The position numbers were made by a program, and so were the translations under genes. From Cyanophora paradoxa CCMP329 (Eukaryota > Plantae > Glaucophyta), in assembly GCA_004431415.1 (NCBI GenBank), contig QPMI01000038.1, forward strand, positions 1-64,000: a DNA stretch of 64,000 nt. The letters run 5' to 3'. Of this stretch, positions 31,394 to 42,730 are shown piece after piece; the first letter of the stretch is position 1; the number at the start of each line of letters is the position of its first letter. The notes beneath the pieces were generated by a model. That model saw only the letters and a list, made by a program, of their open reading frames with translations, made no database searches and was not told the origin of the DNA.

Positions 31394-31698
31394 CCTTCTG
31401 ACGCGTGCTCGCTAGTTCTGACTAGTTCGACTTCGAGCGCGCAACACTGCAGCGCTAGGGGAGAGTGCAACACTGCAGCGCAACACTGCTGCTTCAATTG
31501 CAAGCCCCAACACTGCAGCTGGCCATGGTTGGGGGAGAGTGCAAGACCCGGGTACAGGATTGCAGTCTAGCAAAGCGCCCCTGCATGAAGCGCCCACGCT
31601 CGCCGGGCTCAAAAGCTGGATATCGATCCGATACAGAACTGCACGCGGATCATGGCGGTGAAAATATGACCGGTCAGCGCTTCTGTTCTCCGTGTGTG

Positions 31699-31984
31699 CA
31701 CACATAGTAAAATGCGGAGTTTTAACCCTCGGCTTAATCTTAATTGATTTTGTTGATATATCTCGTATATTCTATTTCAATCAATCGATAATCTGTGTAT
31801 ATCTTATCGAATTTTCATTTATTTCGATTATTTTGTATTCTTTTCGATATTTTATCGTAAATTTCTCTTATTTTCCGATTAGTCTTACTGAGTTAATCGA
31901 TAATCTGTATATATTTCCGAATAATATAACTGAATCTCAATTAGATCTTGCCTCTGGTTAAAACTCCGCATTTTACTATGTGTG
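31699..31984. repeat. Terminal fold-back of copy B: perfect 29-bp inverted repeat around a 228-bp AT-rich spacer
   Basis: CACACATAGTAAAATGCGGAGTTTTAACC (31699-31727) and its reverse complement (31956-31984). Confidence 0.95.
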
Positions 31985-32237
31985 ATTGGTCTAAAAGTTA
32001 ATTGATTTAATCGATATTATATTCATGTACTTTCTCGATTAAATTTAATTAAATTTAATTCATTTAATCGGAAACATATCGCTAAACTCGATTAAGATCC
32101 ATAAATGATTCATTTGTTTATATTAACAAATCGATCTCTTATTGAATTCAATCGTAATTATACATGAAACTTATATGATTTTATCATTGTTTTGTTGAGT
32201 CTAAGGGGGGACCCTTAGGTTTTTTTGAAATAATTGG

Positions 32238-32527
32238 GTGTGACAGGTGTGACAGGTCCATCCAAAACTTTTGATAGTTCATTTTTAGGTTATTGAAAAG
32301 TTTGGGATAGACCTGTCACACCTGTCACACACACCATATTCAGTAAGATCCTCTTTTATAATGAAAAATTCAGTAACAATAAGTAAGAAGTTTATCTATG
32401 TAATTCTACTTAAATAAACAAATGAAATAATCGAGTGTGACAGGTGTGACAGGTCCATCCCAAACTTTTGAAAGTTCATTTTTATGCTATAGAAAACTTT
32501 GGGATAGACCTGTCACACCTGTCACAC
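32238..32527. repeat. Two subterminal palindromic units built from TGTGACAGG 9-mers
   Basis: GTGTGACAGGTGTGACAGGTC...GACCTGTCACACCTGTCACAC at 32238-32330 and 32435-32527. Confidence 0.95.
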
Positions 32528-32996
32528 AAACCATATTCAGTAAGGACCTCATATATTGTGAAAATCTCAGTGTTAGTTGGTGTAGTTGATTCAAAAAATG
32601 CATTTTATACTCTGATTCATTGTTATTTCCTGTGAAATTTGAGTCAACTCAACCCACTTAGTCAACCCTTGCATTGAATTCGTAACAAAATCCATATACT
32701 ATTACTACTTTTACGATTAATATGAGTCAACCTTGAGTCCACTTTAATATAAATATTATATAATAGGGGGATTCTAGGGGAATGTTGAGTTTGACATTGC
32801 TTAATGTAGGGTGCATTCATATTTTGGCTACATCATACAGTAGAATTCTATCGAAAAAATGTTTGGAATCCGAAAACTAATCATTGTAGAAAGCTATTGT
32901 AGTAAAAGGATATATTATGTCCTTTTGTAACAGTAGCTGATCAATGTTATTGTTAGAAAACAAAGGAATCCTTTCAAAACTCATTATAGAAAACCA

Positions 32997-33395
32997 TTAA
33001 AACGGAAATCTATCATGTTTATGTCTTTCAGTCTTCTCAAATGTGAGGAAATTCATTGTTTTATCGATCTCATCTGCAACTGATTGTGTTTTATGCTGAG
33101 CTTCTTTACCACAACTGAATATATCAATTGCTAACATGCCTTCATTGGAATAACAATGAGCTGTACAGTGGCTTTCATCTAATAGCAGAACCAATGCAAA
33201 ACCAGGAGGTGATACTTTGCCATCAAATATCTCACAGTGTTTATGAACAATCCTAATGCCTTGTCTTAATACTGCTTGTTCAAGGGTTCCCATAATCCAA
33301 TTACCTAGGAAGCTCACATGCTCATGTCCTGTTGCAATAGCTGATTTAGCCTTGTAATCAAGCATAACATGAAAGCCTCTGTATTGAGTCTCCAT
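32997..33395 (-). CDS. speD: S-adenosylmethionine decarboxylase proenzyme (prokaryotic-type SpeD family)
   Basis: G.HVMLD, PPGF..VLLLDESHCTAHCY..G..AIDIFSCG with the pyruvoyl-forming E-SH site. Confidence 0.9.
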   Translation of the reverse strand: METQYRGFHVMLDYKAKSAIATGHEHVSFLGNWIMGTLEQAVLRQGIRIVHKHCEIFDGKVSPPGFALVLLLDESHCTAHCYSNEGMLAIDIFSCGKEAQHKTQSVADEIDKTMNFLTFEKTERHKHDRFPF

Positions 33396-33424
33396 TAAGA
33401 ATACCTTAGAAAAATTAATTAAAC

Positions 33425-33697
33425 CTAATCGAACCTAATGCAAACATCCCTATACTCTACTCTTATTGATGAAGTAGCCCTTTTCCTATGTGCTTGACTT
33501 TTTCTTTTATTACAGTCCCTACACCCTGATCCCTTCACATGATTAAAGGGATATGTTAGGATCACCTTGTTACACTGCAAACATCTAACAGATACTTTCT
33601 CTTGAGCTTTGATGTAATGTGTCTCACTGTAATCGAATTTATCTTTACCATGGACTGTCATAGCAGCATCAATAAACTTTTTTGTTTTACTATCCAT
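33425..33697 (-). CDS. DUF723/CapR-like Zn-binding protein
   Basis: FI..A..VHG..KFDYS...Y.....KV.V.C..C......P.NH..G.GC..C pattern, common in phages and giant viruses. Confidence 0.7.
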   Translation of the reverse strand: MDSKTKKFIDAAMTVHGKDKFDYSETHYIKAQEKVSVRCLQCNKVILTYPFNHVKGSGCRDCNKRKSQAHRKRATSSIRVEYRDVCIRFD

Positions 33698-33719
33698 ACT
33701 CTATATATAACCAATATTC

Positions 33720-34553
33720 TTATGGAGCAGTATCCTGCCCGAAAATGGGGAAATATCGATTTGTCCCATAGTATTCAGCATAGGTATTCTGCTTTGCAAT
33801 AAAATCGGTTCTCTCTGCAAACATCACACACTTGTAGATACCAAACTTGGTGGCTCTCACAAGAAACTGATAGTCTTCCAAACCGAAATTGACTCCATGA
33901 TAAGCAATTCCGAAATTGTCATATGGGGTGATCACAACTGCAAAGTTGGGAGTTCCACCTTCAACTTGGCATACAGCATAAACATCTGGTGGGATATCCA
34001 CAACTACCTTGTAGTGGTCACCAATTTCAACAAGAGAGTCTACTACTGCTGTTTGTTCATTCACAACAATTGGGAATATCTTTATAATGTATGGGGCATT
34101 CATGCTGGGGACATAGGTTCGAATTCTTGTGTTGGGATCAATGGGATTGGGTTGATCATTCACAAATAGAGGCGCTCCAACAGCCCCACCAACCCTAAGA
34201 CCATCACCAATATAAGCTCCCCCCGATTTGCAGTTAATAGCTCCCGACCTAGATTCAAAAGAATAAGTAGACAGAGGATCTCCATAGCTATCTGGGTCTC
34301 CATAATGAGCAGAAAAGTTTGCATTTGTGACAAGTAGCTTAGTTGTCTTAACTATTCCATTATTTTTATCACATCTGAGTTCTTGTAATCTCAGCTTGTG
34401 GGTGGAACCAAAGGTGTTCATTGTAGGTTGGACCTCTGTGGATTGGAGACCTTCCACATCATCAAAGGTAGCATGTTGCAGAACATGGTTTGCTGGTGCA
34501 GCTAATGAAAGCTGAGGTGTAATTATTCGTTCAAGTGGGGGTTGCTCAGCCAT
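33720..34553 (-). CDS. Putative virion protein, shared N-terminal module family
   Basis: LSLAAPANH..H...D...GLQSTE..F....LR..ELRCDKNNG.VKTT module; near-identical ortholog at 43619..44449. Confidence 0.75.
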   Translation of the reverse strand: MAEQPPLERIITPQLSLAAPANHVLQHATFDDVEGLQSTEVQPTMNTFGSTHKLRLQELRCDKNNGIVKTTKLLVTNANFSAHYGDPDSYGDPLSTYSFESRSGAINCKSGGAYIGDGLRVGGAVGAPLFVNDQPNPIDPNTRIRTYVPSMNAPYIIKIFPIVVNEQTAVVDSLVEIGDHYKVVVDIPPDVYAVCQVEGGTPNFAVVITPYDNFGIAYHGVNFGLEDYQFLVRATKFGIYKCVMFAERTDFIAKQNTYAEYYGTNRYFPIFGQDTAP

Positions 34554-34576
34554 TTTACATTAAAGGGATATATCTT

Positions 34577-35431
34577 TTATGGGGTTGGGTCATCAATCAC
34601 ATCTGGTTCCATGTAAAATCCTGTTGTGAATATATCAGCAACATTTACACCACGAAGTGCTGATACAGCTGCTATATCTGTTCTCAGTCCCATAATCATA
34701 GTATTGTATACTCCAACCTCAGTGACAAACAGATCATAGGTAAATGTCAAATTGTTATAAACACAATATCCTCTGCCAAAATGGTTCGAAGCTTGAACAA
34801 AGAATAAGTAGTTGTGACCTGGTTGATTATTATTGGCTCTACACATGGAAAGCATTGAAGTGGGAAGAGGAATATTTCTTCTTACTCGATCAGTTCCTGT
34901 AATGGAAACTAATTCCGAATTCTCAAGAGTTACAGAGGATGCAACATAGAAATGCAAAAAAGGTTGCTGTGCAACAGGTGTGTAGAAACGAATTCGTTGT
35001 GGGTTCTCAGCATTTTGCTCTAGAGTATCTGGGACATCATTGTAGGAAACAGATGAAGATAGCTGACCTGAAACTCTGCAGCCTCCACCAATAAAAGCTC
35101 CTCCTGATCTCACAGTAACAGCTGCAGAATTCTTATCGAAATCAAGGGCTTTCAGATCAACACTGTAAGCATCAGGACCTCCATTAGTAGGTTGGAAAAA
35201 GTTAGCATTTGTGACAAGAAGTCGAGTTGTTTTCACCACACCTGAGTTCTTATCAGCTCTCAGCTCTTTAACTCGAATAATCGAATTCTTATCAAAGGAG
35301 TTACCATTGGAATTGGGTCTCTCTGTGGATTCTAAACCACGAACCTCATCATTAACTTCATGCTGGCGAAAGTGCATTGCAGGGGATCCAAGGGAATATA
35401 TTGGAAGTTGAACTCGATTATATTCACCCAT
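34577..35431 (-). CDS. Putative virion protein, shared N-terminal module family (likely start MGEYNR)
   Basis: Same module (IRVKELRADKNSGVVKTT); ortholog at 44473..45327. Confidence 0.75.
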   Translation of the reverse strand: MGEYNRVQLPIYSLGSPAMHFRQHEVNDEVRGLESTERPNSNGNSFDKNSIIRVKELRADKNSGVVKTTRLLVTNANFFQPTNGGPDAYSVDLKALDFDKNSAAVTVRSGGAFIGGGCRVSGQLSSSVSYNDVPDTLEQNAENPQRIRFYTPVAQQPFLHFYVASSVTLENSELVSITGTDRVRRNIPLPTSMLSMCRANNNQPGHNYLFFVQASNHFGRGYCVYNNLTFTYDLFVTEVGVYNTMIMGLRTDIAAVSALRGVNVADIFTTGFYMEPDVIDDPTP

Positions 35432-35470
35432 TGCTTCTTTTACTAAAAAGGAAAGAAAAATAAACTGCAA

Positions 35471-35776
35471 TCAAGCCAAAGTGATTAAATTCGATCCAAG
35501 GGATTGGTAGGCAACTGAAAGTGTTTGAAGGTTAGATGTCATTGCTTTGATGTTGTTATCACATTCAGTGTATTTAGCTACAGGGTCACCATATGCAGAT
35601 TTGGCAAGGACATTAACCAAGAGGTTTTTATACTCATTTACAACTGGTGAGAGCTTGTTAGTTTGCTGAATCGTCTTTTCAACTGTTTGTAATGCGTTTA
35701 CAAGGGTGATTGTATCAAAAGAAAGCGCAACTGGCTCAGTAGAATAGGTGGTTCCACCAAGAGGATAGGTCGCCAT
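35471..35776 (-). CDS. Hypothetical helical protein downstream of the S74 fibre
   Basis: 101-aa ORF tightly packed between viral genes. Confidence 0.55.
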   Translation of the reverse strand: MATYPLGGTTYSTEPVALSFDTITLVNALQTVEKTIQQTNKLSPVVNEYKNLLVNVLAKSAYGDPVAKYTECDNNIKAMTSNLQTLSVAYQSLGSNLITLA

Positions 35777-35779
35777 TTA

Positions 35780-38700
35780 TTATACTTTGACATTTTTAAT
35801 TTGGTCTATTTGATCCTGTAGATCTTTGCATTTTTGGGACAACTCCTTCACAGCTTCAATGAGAACTGGAATTAAACCTGTGTATTCAAGAGATAGGTAG
35901 CCATCGTCTTTTTTAACATTAACTACCTCTGGTATTACCTTTTGAACATCTTGTGCAATTAAACCTAATTTAACTCCATCTTTTTCACTTCCAATTCGTT
36001 TAAAACTCACTCCCTCTAATTTCTCTATTGCTGAAAGAGCGCCGGATATCTTTTTAATATCGGTTTTGTATCTTATGTCACTTCCTTGTGTTAAATAACC
36101 TCCAATCCACATCCATCCTCCATGATACATGTAACAAATATCAGTATCTTGTTCATTTCGGAATACAAGGGGAATATCTCCCCCTCCTTTCAAATATGTA
36201 GAAGTTTGGTTACCGAAATGGATACGATTATATCCATCACTTGAACTAAACCAAGTCCCCACAGATCCTGTTAAGATATTTGGTTTACTATAAACGTTAT
36301 TCCAATGAATATAGCCGGTGTGACCACCATAACTATTTCCTACCCAAATTTTCATGTAACTAATACCCATAATATGAACTCTTCCAATCTTTGGTCTAAT
36401 CCGAATAGTGAGGAATCTATTTCCAAGATGTATTGGAACATTATTTAAACCACTGTGGTTACCATCAGGCGATGTGGCGTATGGTTGATAACTATTCACT
36501 GATGTAATAAAAACTTCATTCCCTTGTCTATTAACTCCCCAAATTTCAAAAAGTCGTGAGTTAGTCCAAGGTAAATAGGTTAAAAATGCTGTTCCTGTGT
36601 GGTATCCATCGGGTATATCGAAGTCAATCCAAGCGGTAGAAGTTTCGTCATCAGATTGATTATTATGGACATATGAACCATAATTATAATATGGATCCCA
36701 TGCTGTACTCCATGCCCATGTCCAACCCTCAGAACATCTATTAAATGCAATACCTCCTACTGTTTTATCTGCTGTGTGAAACTTTGGGACATCATTACCG
36801 TTTATTTGGAGTTTGGTAGTAGCATTAATAGTGGGTGCTGTAATAGTGTTATTCACCCAAAAGTTACCATTACCATATGATTTTAAGATTGCTGCATTCG
36901 CTGAGTTTCTAAATTCGACAGATACACCATCGCCATTTTCATAGCCTCGAATATATGTAGTTTGACCATTTCCAAACCAAATTCGCTCGACTGCATCTAC
37001 TGATTTTAACCATGCATTTGTTGCCCATGTTGCGGTTTGTGGAAGGTCTGCGGCTGAGTAAAATGATGGTTTACTAAATATATTATCCCAAGAGATCATC
37101 CCAACCTCATTATCTGTTGCCCTCTGTCTACTCCACCAAAAACACCTGTAAGATGGATTCTACCTTTTCGACCTTGAACATATATTTTTGTGTAAAACTC
37201 ACAGTTAATAGAGATGAAAAGTATACTGGATTGTGTTCCATCATGTACTGATGCTTGAATACCTTGATAAACATTTAAACGCCGAAGGAAATGTTGATTA
37301 CCATTAGCTGTTTGACCATAGATGTCAAAATATCTACAATTAGACCAACACATGGTTTGAATATAAAACGTTTTCATTCCTGTGGGGACATTCCACCTCA
37401 TCCAAAAAGCGCTACAATCTTCATCATTTTGTGGTGTTGTATAACATCCTGTTTGTCCGGTTCTTGGTGTCCATCCTAAGTTCCAATTATTTGCGCTTCT
37501 ATATGTCGAAACCACATCTAATTGGTCGAAATCGTAACCTTTTGGTATTGTGGTTCCACCAATTTGTAAAGTGGTAGCATTCACAGTTCCTGTTACAGTT
37601 CCACCTGTAAGAGGTAAATAATTCCCAAGAGCTGCTGTTAATTCGGTATCTGTTACAACATCTGTAAGAGCTAATTGTAATTCTGTATTTGTTACATAAT
37701 CTTTGTTTTCTAAATAATCATCTGTAACAACACCAGAGAGGGTCTCATTGTGTAAGTTTTTTGCTGCCATCCTCTGATTGACTTCTAAGGCTCCTCCTGC
37801 TAATGTTTTAATCCAGGACATTTCGCATTTCCCATAGTTATCTGATGGTTGTCCCGCAAGTGGGACATAATTGAATTTTGGATCGACTGAATATTATTTT
37901 AGGTCTGGAGCCATCAGTTGCACTGACATCTGTTACATTTACTTGCATAATGGCATCCTTGTCATCATATGCTGCTGGATCAGATGGGAGAGGTGGTAAT
38001 CCTGATGTCAATGGGATGTCCTCATTATAATAACTTGTTAAGAAGATGCCTGGTTTGGTATCAATCACCCCAACACCACCTGCTGAAATCATTTGGATTC
38101 TTGTTGGTTGTTTGATGTATAATTCACCTTCCATTGTGGTCCCTGCATCAATGCCTTTTCGATTGACATAATAATCATTTAGTTGTAGCCTTTCAGGTAT
38201 GGTATTACTCTGGTAGAGACTCACACCATTTGTAAAGTCTGTCAAAATATTGCCTGATGATGCAAAAGTTGGTTGTTCATCTATTTGACTCCAAGGGTGT
38301 CTGTGGTTGCTATTGGTTATTGTTGAGTAATCATGAGTGTGTGAATCAGGTGGGAAGGTTAATGGAGGATTTGTGATATGCTCCCATAAATGAGTATGGG
38401 CGAAATCTGTGATCTGATCTTTGGTGTGAGTATGTGCGAAATCTGTTATTTGGTCTTTTGTGTGAGTATGGGCGAAATCTGTGATCTGATCTTTGGTGTG
38501 AGTATGTGCGAAATCTGTTATTTGGTCTTTTGTGTGAGTATGGGCGAAATCTGTTATTTGGTCTTTTGTGTGAGTATGGGCGAAATCTGTTATTTGGTCT
38601 TTTGTGTGAGTATGGGCGAAATCTGTTATTTGGTCTTTTGTGTGAGTATGGGCGAAATCTGTTATTTGGTCTTTTGTGTGAGTATGGGCAAAATCTGTTA

Positions 38701-40282
38701 TTTGGTCTTTTGTGTGAGTATGGGCAAAATCTGTTATTTGGTCTTTTGTGTGAGTATGGGCAAAATCTGTAATCTGGGCTTTTGTGTGAGTGTGATTTTG
38801 AATCCAACCTTGAACCACATTAGAGGTTGGATGATGTGGTAAATTTGCATTGCTTGTAACTGTAAGGTAATCTATTACAGTATCAGGTGAGGTTATTTTT
38901 AATCCTCTGTAAATATTCAGAGTCTGGGTATGAGTGAATCCATATTTTTGTTGAATGTAATACCTCACAGCATTCTTTTCAGAAGTTGTCAAAGCCCTAT
39001 TGAAAACAATCAACTCGGAAATACCACCATTCACAATATTACCAAATCCGAAATGATTGACAGTATTATCTGGTAGATAATTTGTTCCTACAAGTGTTTC
39101 AATATCTACTCCATTTAACCCGACTGTGTAGCTGCTGGAAGTAATTGTTTGGTCAGTGTAATACCATGTATTTATTAAAGAAGGAACCGTAATAACTGGG
39201 CGGGTTTGGGATGCTCCATTAATAGTGAACTGGTTCATTCCAATAGCAGTAGAAGATGTTGCCCCATAATAACAATATCGTGATGGAAAGGCGCTTCTGT
39301 AAAGTCTCAAGTGAACTTGCATAGAAGAGGCAGTTGGATGATATTTTCCCACAAAGAAAAATGTAAGCCCATTTGAGAAATCAATAGTTCTTGCAGCAGA
39401 GGTATATGCATAAAAAGTGCCTGTTGGGTTTGAAACACTAACTTGGTTGTTGATTTCGGGATTGGTGTAATAGGAACTGGCTCCGGAGATAAACAAGTCT
39501 GGAACAACTGAATTCGGGACTCTGCTTACTATAGTTGTATACATTGCTGATTGACCTGGTACTCCTGATGCCTTCCAAGCAAAAATGCAGTTCGAGATAT
39601 TTGATGCTGGATCAAAGCTTGGTGGGACATCATACCATTCTTCGTAAACCTGATTCATGGTATTGAAATTGCAAGAGCCAATTGTGAGGATTCCATTTAC
39701 TTTCAAATTGCTGGTCTCTATATTGCTACTGTAAATATTACTATTAACTGTGAGGTTTCCTGTGATTGTCCCACCCACAAGAGGGAGATATTTGGATAGT
39801 TCTGCTGCAAGTTCAGCTTCTGTAATAAATTGATCAAGCATAGCAAGGGTTACAAAATTAACAAGGATTACTGCAGTAAGGTAATCCTCTGTGACCACTC
39901 TCGAAATATTTTCGTTGTGTATGTTTTTTGCAGCCATCCTCTGATTGGCTTCCAGAACCCCACCATAATCTGTTTTAATCCATGCAAGCTCTGCCCTCCC
40001 ATAATTATCATTTGCAGTTCCCACTATGGGAATGTAGGAATATTTATCTCTGCTGAATACTATCATTGGTCTTGAGCCATCTAAACTGCTTACATCTGCT
40101 ACATGAACCTGTATAGCAGAGTTGAAATTTTGGTAGGTTGCTGGGTCTGTTGGGACTCTGAATGTATCTGTGGGAATGTCAGCCTCCATGTAGCTTGACA
40201 CAAAGATATTTGGTATGGTTGCTCCTGGTTCAGGTGGTGGATCATAAGAGCCTGGTAATGTCCTAATATGAAGTGGTCCTCT
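35780..40282 (-). pseudogene. Large fibre gene (LamG-like domain, HxH repeats, C-terminal peptidase S74 intramolecular chaperone); 5'-truncated, two frameshifts
   Basis: ORFs 37838..40357, 37096..37821 and 35780..37099 join through single-base indels in A/T runs (~37878, ~37140), restoring collinearity with 8377..11889. SDIRYKTDI..GLIAQDVQKVIPEVV..LEYTGLIPVLIEAVKEL is S74. ISELIVFNRALT..E...V..Y...KYG is LamG-like. Confidence 0.8.
38391..38795. repeat. 36-bp coding tandem repeat x11 (HTHTKDQITDFA)
   Basis: The TGAGT(A/G)TG anchor spans 38391 to 38787, which is 11 x 36 bp. Confidence 0.97.
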
Positions 40283-41469
40283 CACTGGGAGCCAGAAATT
40301 AAGTTTACCATATGGTAAACTTAGGGGGTGGTAAAGGTGTGCCGTTTGCGTTACCACACGGTAAAGTCAGGGTGGTAAAGTCAGGGTGGTAAAGTTGGGG
40401 TGGTAAAGTCAGGGTGGTAAAGTTGGGGTGGTAAAGTCAGGGTGGTAAAGTCAGAGTTACATCCTGCTGCTTTCCCATATCCATGCCAGCGCTGTTTTTC
40501 CGTGCATGCTGATATATATATTACATGCAATTCACATCTTCCTCGCTAGCTACGTATACTGCGCATGCAGAGCTAGCTATAGCTCGCGCTGCATCGCTGC
40601 AGCGCCTATAGCTAGCTAAAGGCGCGACACACAGCTGGACCTGGGGGCGTGCAAAGGCGATGGCCATGGTCAGCTCAAGCTTTGGATGTACAGCGATTGC
40701 ATTGAGAGCGATAGAGGGGACAGCGCAGGTTATCACCTATGGGCCCAGCCGGCAGCCCCGCCTGCTCGCTCACCTTCGAGCAGCAAGGCCGCCGGCAGAC
40801 CCCACTGCTTGCTCACTTCAAGCAGCAGGGCCGGCCAACTGCAAATAGCGTGCTTTCAAAAAGGAAGGGTGCACAGACCTCTAGATCTTCGATTCTAGAT
40901 GAGAATGCTCTTGACAGCTCTGCGGGAGACAATACAGGCAGTGGTCAGCTGCATATCGATGCATATGAGAAAGAGGATCGGAAATCGCAATCTAACGCCT
41001 ACGGGCCCAGCCGGCAGCCCCGCCTGCTCGCTCACCTTCGAGCAGCAAGGCCGCCGGCAGACCCCACTGCTTGCTCACTTCAAGCAGCAGGGCCGGCCAA
41101 CTGCAAATAGCGTGCTTTCAAAAAGGAAGGGTGCACAGACCTCTAGATCTTCGATTCTAGATGAGAATGCTCTTGACAGCTCTGCGGGAGACAATACAGG
41201 CAGTGGTCAGCTGCAGATCGATGCATATGAGAATGAGGATCTGAAATCGCAATCTAACGCCTACGGACCCAACCGGCAGCCCCGCCTGCTCGCTCACCTT
41301 CGAGCAGCAAGGCCGCCGGCAGACCCCACTGCTTGCTCACTTCAAGCAGCAGGGCCGGCCAACTGCAAATAGCGTGCTTTCAAAAAGGAAGGGTGCACAG
41401 ACCTCTAGATCTTCGATTCTAGATGAGAATGCTCTTGACAGCTCTGCGGGAGACAATACAGGCAGCGGT
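40283..41469. mobile_element. Probable CACTA/EnSpm-type element end inserted in the copy B fibre gene
   Basis: Starts with CACTG where fibre homology to copy C ends. It has a 24-bp palindrome TAAGTTTACCATATGGTAAACTTA (40300-40323) and seven 14-bp subterminal repeats GGTAAAGT(CA/TG)GGGT (40360-40454). The other end is not seen. Confidence 0.5.
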
Positions 41470-41471
41470 CA
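40736..41471. repeat. 262-bp tandem repeat, ~2.8 units, third unit cut by virus copy C
   Basis: CCTA(T/C)GG(G/A)CCCA at 40736, 40998 and 41260. Confidence 0.95.
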
Positions 41472-41565
41472 CACATATTGAAAAACGAATTTAAATCCCT
41501 CGTTCATCTCGATCGCTTCGCGATCTCGATTCACTCTGGATTTAAATTCGTTTTTCAATATGTGT
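41471..41565. repeat. Terminal fold-back of copy C: perfect 28-bp inverted repeat, 39-bp spacer
   Basis: ACACATATTGAAAAACGAATTTAAATCC (41471-41498) and its reverse complement (41538-41565). Confidence 0.95.
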
Positions 41566-41884
41566 TAATTTAATACTAAAATACATATTTATCGATTAAT
41601 TTCTTTAACTTTTTATGCAAACTTTGTATAAATTAATGCAAACTTTGTATTAAAAATGATAAACGCGTTTAATTTAATGCATATTCACGATTGATTCAAT
41701 CGATATTATATCGATAGATTATGTTCTTTGTCGATTACATATATAACTTCGATTGATTAACATTAAACTACTTAAAGAACGATATAATCGCGATTAATTC
41801 GCATAAATTCGCATAAATTCGCATAAACTCGATATATCTCTTTGGTATTGAAGTAGACCACCGCCCATTCTGTATCAAAAAAAC

Positions 41885-42675
41885 GCAAAAAGTGTCACAT
41901 AGTTGCATTATGTCCAATTAAACAATCGATGAGATTGCGGATGTACATTTTTGCACCCAAAAAGTGTCACAGAGTTGCATTATCTCCAATTAAACAATTG
42001 ATTAGATTGCGGGATTTTCTATTGGAATATATCGGTACTGCATTATGTCCAATTAAACAATCGATGAGATTGCTGATGTACATTTTAGATCGAAAAAGTG
42101 TCACAGAGTTGAATGGTCTCCAATTGAACAATCGATTAGATTCCATATGTTCTATAAAACATAATAAATGAATTCAAGTGTGACAGGTAGTATTCAAATG
42201 ATATTCAGTAAGAGATATATTTGTTTTTGATAAAGTCAGTAAGAGGGGTAGAATGTCTGTGACAGGTGTGACAGGTGTGACAGGTGTTTTCAAAAGTCTG
42301 TCATTTTTGAAAAATTTAAAAAGTTTGAAAATAGGTGTCACACCTGTCACACCTGTCACACTCAATTAAACTACCTGTCACACCCGATCTCCTTACCATT
42401 TTCAGTAAGCCGGAAAGGTATTCATGAAATCGACTATTGTTGGGTGGATTTTGAAGGTGTCACACCTGTCACATAGACTGTTTTCAGTAAGACAACAATA
42501 AATTCTTGAAAATCTCAGTAATAAATAGAGTCTTTTGTTAATTGGGTGTGACGGGTGTGACAGGTGTGACAGGTGTTTTCAGAAGTCAGTAATTTTTGGA
42601 GAATTTTAAAAAGTTTGAAAATAGGTGTCACACCTGTCACAGGCGTCACAGTCAATTAAATAGGTGTCACACCCG
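41885..42675. repeat. Subterminal repeats of copy C: degenerate direct repeats, then two TGTGACAGG palindromic units
   Basis: TCCAATTAAACAAT-containing units occur about four times (41885-42140). (TGTGACAGG)3...(CCTGTCACA)n lies at 42258-42384 and 42547-42675. Confidence 0.9.
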
Positions 42676-42730
42676 ATTATCTGACCATTTTCAGTAAGAC
42701 CATCTGAAATTCTGAATTTTTCAGTGTCAA

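Larger units (their letters stand above)
31699..40282 (-). mobile_element. Endogenous virus copy B (terminal arm only), cut at 40282/40283
   Basis: Abrupt GC-to-AT switch at CACACATA, a terminal hairpin, and a gene order collinear with copy C. Confidence 0.85.

Noticed and set aside
38391-38795. 36-bp repeats as a CRISPR array
   Set aside because: The units are contiguous with no unique spacers, are in-frame coding, and there are no cas genes.
40283-40357. Listed N-terminus of the 839-aa ORF
   Set aside because: It derives from the inserted element; fibre homology begins at GPLHIR.
40321-40454. G-rich repeats as telomere or telomere addition
   Set aside because: The unit is 14 bp, internal, and preceded by CACTG and an inverted copy of the motif. 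It fits transposon subterminal repeats better.
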